A stretch of 64,000 nucleotides of DNA from Eledone cirrhosa (lineage: Eukaryota). The translations under genes were made by a program, and so were the position numbers. A model generated the notes under the pieces. It had not been told where the DNA came from. It made no database searches and saw only the letters and a program-made list of their open reading frames with translations. This document shows positions 53,584 to 64,000 of the stretch, one piece after another. Each line of letters begins with the position of its first letter. Position 1 is the first letter of the stretch. Where the stretch lies: the NCBI GenBank assembly GCA_964016885.1, contig OZ024755.1, positions 29,140,001-29,204,000 of the forward strand, written 5' to 3'.

Positions 53584-54487
53584 GAAGTCGTTATAATAGC
53601 TAATCGGATTCTATTGTTGGTGTTATTTACTTCCAGGTTAACCCTAATGGAATACACTTGTCACTAAAACAGATTCAAACGTAATAATTTTATACTTTTA
53701 TACATTTTATTTATTTTTATACATAAGATACCACATTTTAATGAACCGTACTTTACTGCAGAGAGTAGAGTGTGATTTGAAGGATATCGAGATACTATAT
53801 CTAGCAGGTCAAGCGGGCTGTCAAAGCCTATCTCGTTATTTCGTCTTTTTTTTTTTTTTTTTTTTTTCAGAAAGTGATAAAATGATATTTAAGACGTCCA
53901 AATGTTGGGAAACTTATCGTAAACCATTCGCTTCTGGTCAATTGCCAATTAAACACAGGGCTGCCAGAAATGTTCAGTATTTGTGTGGGAGTAATGAAAA
54001 TTCTAGTGACATAGATATGAAAATCAATTAAAAGTCTATGATTTAGAAAACTCTAATTACTTGTGGTGTTTTCTCCTGGCAGGTTTTCATAGAATTACTA
54101 TTCTACTTTGTAACGCGTTTTCGCTTTATTATAATGTCTATCATTTATATATTGTCATCTCATTAAATATAGATGTCATCATTTGCTTTGTTTCTTTCAG
54201 AATCTTTATTAATGTTGAAAAGGTATATTTCTGTTTAATATTCTGTGAATTCTAGAAAGTTTCAAGATTTCATGAGGAATAATTTGAACACGATGTCTAT
54301 CTTCTAATATATAAAGGTAGTAGACTTCGTAGTAGACTTGTAATACAGAGATGCGAGTAACTCATATGTTATATTGCTTTCTGAACTCTAAACATAACAG
54401 TAATCAAATAAATGAAGCATGAATTCATAAACAGGATTTTTAACGATTAGACACGAGACTCATTTCACTATAATATCTATAAAATGA

Positions 54488-54706
54488 GGGCGGTGGATTG
54501 GCAGTATCGATAGAGGGTCGGACGGCATGCTTTGCAGCATAGAATTACGGTCCTTTATGATCTGAGTTTAAATCCCGCCTATGTTAACTTACCTTTCATC
54601 CTTACGAGGTCGATAAAATAAAGTACCAGTCACGCACTGGCGTTGATTTAATCGACTTTCCCCTCCCCCAAAATTGCTGGCCTTGTGCCTATACAAGAAA
54701 CAATTA
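54488..54706 (+). mobile_element. SINE S1 long variant
   Basis: TSD ATAATATCTATAAAAT. Confidence 0.9.
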
Positions 54707-54960
54707 TAATATCTATAAAATAAAATACCAGTGACACACTTGGGTAGATTTCATCCACTTTCCACGCCTCAAAATTGTTGGCCTTCTGATTCACAATATC
54801 TATAAAATGGTATATAATTATAATTTTAAGTTATGGAATTAATTGTAACTATGGTATTTATGTATTTACCTTAGTCCGAGTAGAATCTCAATTTCCCATG
54901 TTTCCAAATTTGATCTGATGTAAGGATGTGATTTGAGATAATTTAACAGCTACTTTGTGC

Positions 54961-55165
54961 AGGCGTGTGGCTGATTGGTTAGAGAACTGGATTCGCAATC
55001 GTGAGGTTGTCAGTTGGTTTCCCAGACAGGGCGATGCGTTATGTCCTTGAGCAAGACACTTTATTTCACGTTCTACCTGGAGTTGCGACCGATTGATAGT
55101 ATTAGCAATTGGAAAGACCAACGGAAACATTGTTTCCTCGGTCTAATTTGACGAAAGTCGATTGA
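54961..55165 (+). mobile_element. tRNA-derived CORE-like SINE S2
   Basis: GGCGTGTGGCTGATTGGTTAGAG head, GTCCTTGAGCAAGACACTTT. Confidence 0.75.
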
Positions 55166-56129
55166 CTCCTTTGTGCAAGCTAAGTTCGCAAAATGACATA
55201 TAAGGAGACTCGTAAAAGATTATATTGATAAGGAGGTTAGTTTAAATGTCCATAAACCTTAATAGGTACCAGTTTCGAATGATTGATTTCAATTAAATGA
55301 GTCAATTTTTAATAAATCTCCTGACAAATCTTGGTAAATGTAGATTTGTGAAACAAATCGTATGGAATGGCGAATAAGTAAATCAAACCGGAAAATTATT
55401 ATTGATCAACCATCCCCTTTCTTTCTTTGTGAGAAAGTTGGCTCCCTAAATTTCTTAAAAATTAACACTATATTTAAAGGTGGTAAACGCCGAAAAAACG
55501 ATATTGCAGCATTCAGATATGTATCTTTACATTCCGAATTCAAATTCCACGAGAGATGATTTGTATTTCCTCTTTTATGAGTCGACAAAATAAATATTAG
55601 TGAAGTACTTATTCAGTTCAATCAACTACGCCCAACCTCAATATGTGTCGTATGTTATCTGTTAAAAATACATTTTGTATTATGTACAGAATATAAAATG
55701 TGGCTAATTTAATACAAACAATAAAATATGATTACCAACACTGTCTTATAATTAGAACGAAGTTTATCGTTGTAATGTATTAAAAATTTACTGATAAACA
55801 ATGCGAGGAATTTTTGTTAAGACTATATTTTTCTAAAAACAATGACCCGTTTGAGAATGTTCAATAAATCACCAAAAATATTTGCAGCATCAAAGAATAT
55901 TGTACTTCAGTACATCATTGATATGTGTGACCTTCACTGACACAAATAATCAAAAGACTATTATCAGATAGAACAAAACAGAAATGTTCTAGCGATAATT
56001 CCCAATGAACTATTTTAAAGAATATAGTGCAATAATGGTTGTAATTAAACGTAGGGTATGATGACATTGGAAAAATTTGCTTATCATCTAATATTTCTTG
56101 CAAATAGTGAACAAACTCATGCAAACATA

Positions 56130-56328
56130 CGAGGGTAGGCAGAAAACAAGCTCATAGGCTTAGAAAGGAGGGACGTTAGAGCTGGGAAATCTTGCATGCA
56201 TAGATTTCTAATCTTCTTATTAATAACTACATTGTTCCTTTCCAGGGACAATGTTGAAAAATAAAGCTCATGTGGTCATTCCATGAGAGTGTTTTGGTTT
56301 GGCCTATGTACTTTTCAGCTGAACCTCA
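56130..56328. mobile_element. mariner-type MITE
   Basis: TA-CGAGGGTAGGCAGAAAA..CTTTTCAGCTGAACCTC; internal homology to 40076-40246. Confidence 0.7.
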
Positions 56329-58346
56329 ATTGTTATATTTTCACTTTGGAAAATTACCCAGCGACACCGCACCGCATAAGTACTATTAACTAATTAGATT
56401 CTTTTACTACATCTATTTATAAATTTCTGTGATTCTGTCACAACACGTAAAGAGATAGGAGTAGTTTGGCTACCTCATACTACTCCTCTCTCTTTACGTC
56501 TGCTGCCTGCGTGAATGCATGTATGTGTAAAAGGAAGGCCGGGGTTGGTATAAGCAACTATAACAAAATAGCGACTGGCGTTCCATTTGCTATGCGTGTG
56601 TGTGTGAATGTATGTATGTATGTGTGCTTTTACACCCTCATCCCCTATGTGTTCGCCCCCACACAGTACCAGCGTGCATCTAAAATACCATTCTAGTCGC
56701 CTACTAGCATTTAAATGATGGAAGTTTCTAGAAAAATCTCCAGTCGCCTGAAGAAATCAAGCCGCCGGTGCGAAGGCTCGTACTTCGGACATTCGTTGAT
56801 AACCAATACATCTATATTCAGTGTTCTGAAGGTTTTAAGCAGGTGGTCCTGCTTCAAGAGCGATCCCACGCCACAAGCAGTTACATATAGATAGACAGAC
56901 AGACAACAGATACAGATAGAAAGAACATAATAGATGGGCAGATTGACAGATAAGCAGTTACATTTGTTTTAACAAAAACTTCCAATTCTCATCCAGCATG
57001 CTAAAAAAAGAAAGCATCCAAGAATTCAGCGAGAGTGCTTATGTAGTGTACCGATCATTAAGTGTGTGTATGTGTGTGCATGTTTGTGTACATGTGTGTA
57101 TGTGTGTGTGTGTATGCATGTGTGTGTGTGAGGAGATAAATCACACTATGACTGTCTCTTGACTTGCCCTAGCATTTGCTCTTGAATCAGTACATCCTGG
57201 CCTGTCCCTGCCCGTTCTGTTTCCTGTATTATCTTTTACAACATGATATATATACAGTGTTATTTATTACTCAGACTAAGGATACACATTTCTCATCATT
57301 AATCTTCACATTATATCTAGGCCTTTGGGTAATGCTTCTCGATTTTCTTTCATTATATAGCATAGATTTTCTTCTTTAATGTCTTTGAATTAATGCTTAT
57401 GGATTAAACAAGGTCCCTGTAGTCTGACCGGCGATCATAACAATTTATGAGCTGTCCACTTCCTCATTGTTATCACTAACATTATTCTCAATGTATCATC
57501 ACTACCATCATTATCCTCATTCATCTTTATAACCATTCATTAACACTACAGTCACAAATGGCTATTATAATCAATTGTCATTACATTTACTGTCATTACC
57601 AACCTTATAATTAACTATCATCATTACAGCCAGAATCACATTTACTATCGAAAGAGAGCAATGGAGGGATAAATAGATAGTTTCATTACTTCCTACATAG
57701 TTCGTAAATGCTTTTTTTATTTTCCTTGTAATATCAGAGCATCGTATTCCCTGGCTGATAAGGTATTTCTTGCTACATATTCTTTATGTTAAGACTAGCT
57801 GCCCCCGTGCCGTCAAACATGGCGGCTATGTATTTGTATTTGTATATACCTTTCAACTGCGGTCGTTTTATATTCTTGATAATTCTAAATTATTTCGATA
57901 TTGTTAGGGACTTGACTCCTTGAATAACACATACACACAAACACTGACACACATACACACAAACACTGACTCACACACACAAACACCTACACACACAAAA
58001 ACAGACACACACACACACACACAAACAGTCACTCACACACACACACATATACTCACAAAAGTGTAGCCAATCTAAGAACTCTAGTTAAAAATAATTATTA
58101 CATAAACTCACATAAACAGACTCAGAGAAAATAATTATTACATGCACACACACATATGTGTGTGTGCGTATGTGCGTGCGTGTGCGTGTGTGCGTGTGTG
58201 CGTGTGCGTGTGCGTATGTGTACATTTATATGTATGAGTAACATAGGTGTCGCGAACGCTGTTCTCTGTTTTCGATAGTTTGTTAGAGCCCACTTCCGTC
58301 CACACTCATTACATAGATGTGTGTGTATGCAATCATTATTTTGTTT

Positions 58347-58525
58347 TGGCAGTGTCGATAGAAGGTCGGACGCCATGCTTTGACGCATAGAGTTACAGCC
58401 CTTGCCATTCTGTGTTCAAATCCCGCCGAGGTTAACTTTGCCTTTCATCCTTACAGGGTCGATAAAATAAAGTACCAGTAATGCACTACGTAATTGCTGG
58501 CCTTGTGCCAAAAGTAGAATCAATT
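58347..58525 (+). mobile_element. SINE S1
   Basis: S1 motifs; flanking ATTATTTTGTTT repeat. Confidence 0.9.
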
Positions 58526-58924
58526 ATTTTGTTTAATGTATATATGTTTATGTATATGTATGTATTTATATTAGATACTGAAACATAGATGAGTTGCATC
58601 CCTTTGCGTAACGTACAAAAGCACAAGAGTATTATATATTAGTAGATACCTTATACTTGGCTAATTCTTTTCTTCTTATCGTGTCCACAAGAGTGTCGGC
58701 TACAAAGCTTGGCTAGATGTGGTTCTGTCACAGATGAACACATTGCTGTCCTTTCTCATTAAACCCTGTCAAGTCCAATACTGTGCAGGGGTGTTCCAAG
58801 TAATTTTAAGTTTTGTTTAAGTGATATGTGATTATATTAAAATCGATATTTTTATTTTGAGAGGCCATGTATTCACTTCCAAATTGTTATTCCAGATCTG
58901 AGGTGGTTGCTATATTCTACTGTC

Positions 58925-61900
58925 AACAACAAACAACGTCCATCAAATCTACACACCCTAAAACAACAACAACAGCAGCAGGGCTCAATACAATCACATG
59001 ATACAACCTAACTTCAACAACCACCACAGCTACACACCCTACAACCACCACAGCTACACACCCTACAACAGCAGCAGGGCTCAATACAACCACAAGATAA
59101 ACCACCACAGCTACACACCCTACAACAACAACAGCAGGGCTCAATACAACCACACGATACAACAACCACCACAGCTACACACCCTACAACAACAGCAGGG
59201 CTCAATACAACCACACGATACAACCACCACAGCTACACACCCTACAAGAACCACAGCAGGGCTCAATACAACCACACGATACAACCTAACTTCAACAACA
59301 ACCACAGCTACACACCCGACAACAACAGCAGGGCTCGATACAACCATAAGAGGCATCCAAACTTCAACAACCACCACAACTTTCGTAGTCATTTTTTTAG
59401 ACAGAGCACAGGGTAACGAGATAACACAAAACAAACAGGATACACCAAATGTAATAAAAATCATTAATTTAACCCCTAAAGAATTAACAACAGACCAAAT
59501 CAACATACTCTCCAAAGGTCTGGAATTTACACCAACTCCTCAACGACCAAATTACCACAAAATGAAGGAAGATATTGAAGATTCTGTAGAAAACTAAGAC
59601 TCAGCGAGCAGCTACACGGCAAATACAATGAGGATGACTCAATAGCCAGAAATAGAAGCAACTACACTCCACCAAAAGGCAAGAACAAATTCCTCGATCA
59701 ATTCTGCGAACACATTACTAATTACCCATACCACCACCTGCACAGACATAAACAAAAACCAAACCTAAGCAAAAAAGAATGGAATGGTCTTAATAGTCTA
59801 AAGAACAAAAAACCCTAACAATCAAAGAGGCGGATACAGGGAGTGCAGTAGACCTTATGAAGACAGATTACTACACCACCCTAGTACTCTCAACTCTAGA
59901 AAACGAAACATATTATGAAAAGGCCAAACACTACACATAACAGAAAATAAAGAGAAACCTAAAATCCCTAACAACCCTTTATAAAGAAGGCCTTACCGAC
60001 AAGGAATACCACTACATCACCAATTTCAAAAGCAGAACCAGCCTTTTCTACGGTATCCCAAAGATACACAAAAGCGAAGTAATAGGCAGGGCCGGCAAGG
60101 ATGTCACAGACATTTACATCAATATCCTCCCTCCTGATGACCTCAAATTAAGACCCATAATAGCAGGTACCACATGTGAAACCCACCGCCTAAGCAACTT
60201 CCTAGATATTCTGCTTAAACCTTTCCTAAAACACATAAAAAGTTTCATAAGGGACGACCTTGACATGCTCAACCACCTCCCAACAACACTTAATAATGAA
60301 CATATCCTACTAGTAACCTTTGATGCCATCAATCTATATTCCAATATCCCACACAACCTAGGTATAGAGGCAATAGAATTCTGGCTTGAACATTTCCGTA
60401 ATGAACATCCACAGCGCATCCCTAAAGAATGTGTGACGGAGGGCCTCAAATTCATCTTGGAAAATAACTTCTTCGAATTCGATGCCAAACACTACAGACA
60501 GAAATCTGGGACTGCCATGGACACGAAAGTAGCCCCCTCATATGCCAACCTTGTCATGGGATATTTGGAAACTATTCTCTACCGAAAAGTTCTATCTACA
60601 AACAGAAAAAAGACTGGAAGAGATATCTGGACGACTGCTTCATCCTCTGGCATGAAAGTATAGAAAGACTGATTGAGTTTAAAACACTTCTAAATGGACT
60701 CAACACAAACATTCAAATTACAATGGAATACAGCCTTGAACAACTCCCTTTCCTTGACATCCTCATCAAGAAAACAAACAACAGAATAGAAACAGACATA
60801 TAAACCCACAGACTCCAAACAATATCTTCCATTTAACTCGCGCCACCTTTGCCATACCAAAATGGCAATTCCTTATAACCTAGCCAAAATGATCTGCACA
60901 ATAGTTTCAGATAAATACACATGCTACACACGACTAGAAGAATTAAAGAACACACTTATCAGCAGAAACTACCCACCAGCCCTAATCAACAATGCCCTAA
61001 AACTCAACATGCAGGAACTCAGACACCCCAAACCCAGGAATGAACCGAAACAGAAAACTCTACAATACAACTCCACACACAACCCCCTCAACAATGAGGC
61101 ATTCGACACCATCCTCCACAACATTCCTTTACTAAAAAGAGACCCAAGAATGAATAAAATCGTCCAAACACACAACATCATAAAGAGCAAAAGATAACCT
61201 AAATCCATAAAAAACATCCTCACACAAGCCAAAATCCAATCAACCCTCACAATGAACCCTGCAGTAAAATAAATGCGGAAGGCCGAACTGTGGTATATGC
61301 ATAAATCTAATAGAAGGTTCAACATTCCACTTTAAACAAGGACAACATTTCACAGTTAAATACAACTTTACATGTGCATCTGGAAACCGAATCTATATTT
61401 TGACCTGCTCAGGTTGCCTAGAGCACTACATAGGACAAACAAAACCAGCTTCCGACAACGTATGACCGTCCATAGATCACAAATCAAAATACAGGAATAC
61501 AGAAAGGTTGCTTTTAGTGAACATATCGCCAATTGTGCACCTAACTAACTACCAAACTTTAGAATTTTCCCCATTTACAAATTCTTAGACAACGCTTCTT
61601 TCATCCATCGTACTAATAAGGAAACGTACTTCATTAACAAATTTCAACCTCTACTTAATGGACTAAACTAAAACTGGTACGAACAATGAACCATAGTCCA
61701 AAATCCCTACGTTCTCTAAAGAGTTACTTCCCTAACACGCTACCTAATCCTTTTTCTTATATAAATGAATTACCAGCTCTCCTCTCTCATACCCGACCAC
61801 CCTGAATTACCTCCCCCTGCATATTAATTCTCTGAAAAGGGAAAACACATCCCATCCCAGACGGTCATTTGCTTCCATCAAGCGATCTTGGCATAATAAC

Positions 61901-62355
61901 ATTTTTTGAATTGCTTATCCTAAAAAAATCATGCCTGTAAATAATATTATCCTTTCTTTCCCATTACCTTATCATGTTCCACATAACCCCTTTTTTTACT
62001 TCAAAATCCTTGTTTGTAAATAATATTATTCTTTTTTTTTCCCCATTTCAATAACATGTTCAACATCACCTTATTTTCTCTTCTACATCTTGTACCAATA
62101 CAAATTCGCCTTTTTTTCTCTCCCACTCACATAATTTGATAATGCATAAAATGCTGAAACCGGTAATTGATAATTATTAAATAAATAAATTAATAAATAA
62201 ATAAATCAATGCTATTGTTAATTAATAAATAAATTATCTAATACCTTAACACTTCACACAAAGTAAAATATTTTGTTTTAAACATTTTCTAACCTAGAAA
62301 AAAGAGAAAGAAATATGGAAAAACATATTTTTCATCCTAGTAATCGATTTTTTCT

Positions 62356-62358
<3 letters not shown>
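58925..62358 (+). mobile_element. Penelope-like retroelement (Neptune/Naiad-type), frameshifted RT plus GIY-YIG ORF ending at 61671, 3' pLTR region ending at (TA)n
   Basis: IINLT..LT..QINILSKGLEFTPTP; FYGIPKIHK; LRPIIAG; LVTFDAINLYSNIP; YRQKSGTAM; RYLDD; LPFLDI; KCGRPNCGIC linker; FTC.S.N.IYILTCSGC.EHYIGQT; ETYFINKFQPLLN. Confidence 0.92.
62132..62169 (+). ncRNA. Type I HHR with U3:A8 core in the Penelope 3' pLTR
   Basis: TAAT-TTGATAA-T-GCA(taaaa)TGC-T-GAAAC-CG-GTA/ATTG, followed by AATAAA repeats. Confidence 0.7.
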
Positions 62359-62431
<73 letters not shown>

Positions 62432-62434
<3 letters not shown>

Positions 62435-62584
62435 TAAAAAGTTAGGACCCTGACGGCTAAGCTCCGGCCGTTTTGACAGCTAGATTCGAACTCTTTTCCT
62501 ATTACCTTCTCTACTACTCTAAGTACCGAGTACTCTGGTGCGTGCGTTATGGTCCACCTGGTATCTTACCACATCTTCTTTGTT
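62432..62584. mobile_element. Family A element, rearranged
   Basis: Inverted short arm fused to the 3' portion of the long arm. Confidence 0.75.
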
Positions 62585-62634
62585 ATATATATATATGTAT
62601 ACAGGTACATTATACGTGTTATATTGGATTACGT

Positions 62635-62667
<33 letters not shown>

Positions 62668-63216
62668 TGGTTGATGTTGCTGTTGCTTCCGTTATTATTA
62701 TCCGTATTAAACTGTGTGATAATCTATTGTCAGTAAATCTACTCTAACAACACGGAATTGCTGCCAATATTTCATTTTCAATGTATAATAATCATCTAGT
62801 ATAGTTGCAAAATCTTTTGTATAAACGTTAATCTTTCTCAGTAGACAGACACTATGTTGGCTAGATGTCATCGTAGTCATATCTTCATAAAATTACATTA
62901 CACGTAATTTCTACTGTCAATGACATAAACATTTCAAGTACGCAAGTAAGGACAGACTTCATAATGCTTTCTGTCAAGAAAACTATCTTATCTACCAATC
63001 CTATTAGCACTAAATCATTTTCAAGTGGTTTTGCAGTTAGCCAAGTAATATTTATACATCTTCCCTTCTGAAATTGAAAATAATTCAGTTCGTTTTAAAA
63101 CTGGTGGTTTTAATGTATTTTTTTTTTCGAGACATACATATCAAATGATGAATTAACTAAATTAGTTTTCACATTTTATTGGAATCATTAATCAGTAATT
63201 AATATGATTTGGTTTG

Positions 63217-63308
<92 letters not shown>

Positions 63309-63338
63309 ATATGTGTGTAATCCTTGGTACAGTTAAGT

Positions 63339-63518
63339 ATATTAAGACAGGGGGGGGGGAGAAAAAATGGCTTCACTTGTGCTTTCAACAAATTTATTTT
63401 CTTTACAAAATCCCAAAAGAATTTTTTTCCGGATCAGAAAAAAATTTTTTTTTGATTTTGTGAAGAAAATAAATTTGTTGAAAGCACAAGTGAAGCCATT
63501 TTTTTCTTCCCCCCTGTC

Positions 63519-63523
<5 letters not shown>
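63339..63523. mobile_element. Hairpin MITE-like palindrome, about 185 bp
   Basis: ATTAAGACAGGGGG..AAAATGGCTTCACTTGTGCTTTCAACAAATTTATTTTC and its reverse complement. Confidence 0.75.
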
Positions 63524-63562
<39 letters not shown>

Positions 63563-63607
63563 CATTATACATTATACATTATATATATAATATATATATA
63601 AATACAT

Positions 63608-63681
<74 letters not shown>

Positions 63682-63880
63682 TATAAATACATTATACATT
63701 AAATATGTATATATATAATATATATATAAATACATTATACATTAAATATATATATATATAATATATATATAAATACATTATACTCTTTTCCTCTTTTACC
63801 TGTTGCAGCCATTGTTGATTAGGAGACACAAATTTAAATTTTTAAAACCAATGCAATGCGTATGCAGAGTTTTAAATTGC

Positions 63881-63956
<76 letters not shown>

Positions 63957-63957
<1 letters not shown>

Positions 63958-64000
63958 GGTTTCTACAGGACAAGAACTGTTTCATTCGGGAGAAATCATC
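63957..64000 (-). mobile_element. Family B element, cut by window end
   Basis: GATGA-T-TTC(tccc)GAA-T-GAAAC-AG..CT-GTA/GAA. Confidence 0.7.

Noticed and set aside
57790-57830. Helitron/Helentron-like ACTAGCTG..CCCG start with small hairpin
   Set aside because: No matching other terminus or second copy found

Overview
Eukaryotic, very AT-rich, repeat-saturated intronic/intergenic DNA; the repeat landscape suggests an octopod cephalopod (inference). Almost all ORFs in the supplied track are microsatellite artefacts. Recognisable content: about 27 copies of one tRNA-derived SINE (manual count about 22 on +, 5 on -), three copies of a CORE-like SINE, 3' fragments of RTE, CR1, CRE and R4/Dong LINEs, several hAT and Tc1/mariner/pogo MITEs, four minisatellites, a 200-N gap, and one near-complete but frameshifted Penelope-like element (RT plus GIY-YIG, about 58.9-62.4 kb). 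A few possible host exons on + are unverified. The main signal is a set of short (100-400 bp) elements from at least 7 families, mostly inside (TA)n tracts. They carry type I hammerhead ribozyme (HHR) folds with stem covariation, often in a stereotyped long-arm/short-arm palindrome. Four families or elements use a compensatory U3:A8 core (UUGANAA) in place of C3:G8 (CUGANGA). Three families share a 3' ACTC..GAGT stem-loop. One family keeps a C.C mismatch in an otherwise covarying long stem II. All folds were derived by eye and need computational and biochemical confirmation.
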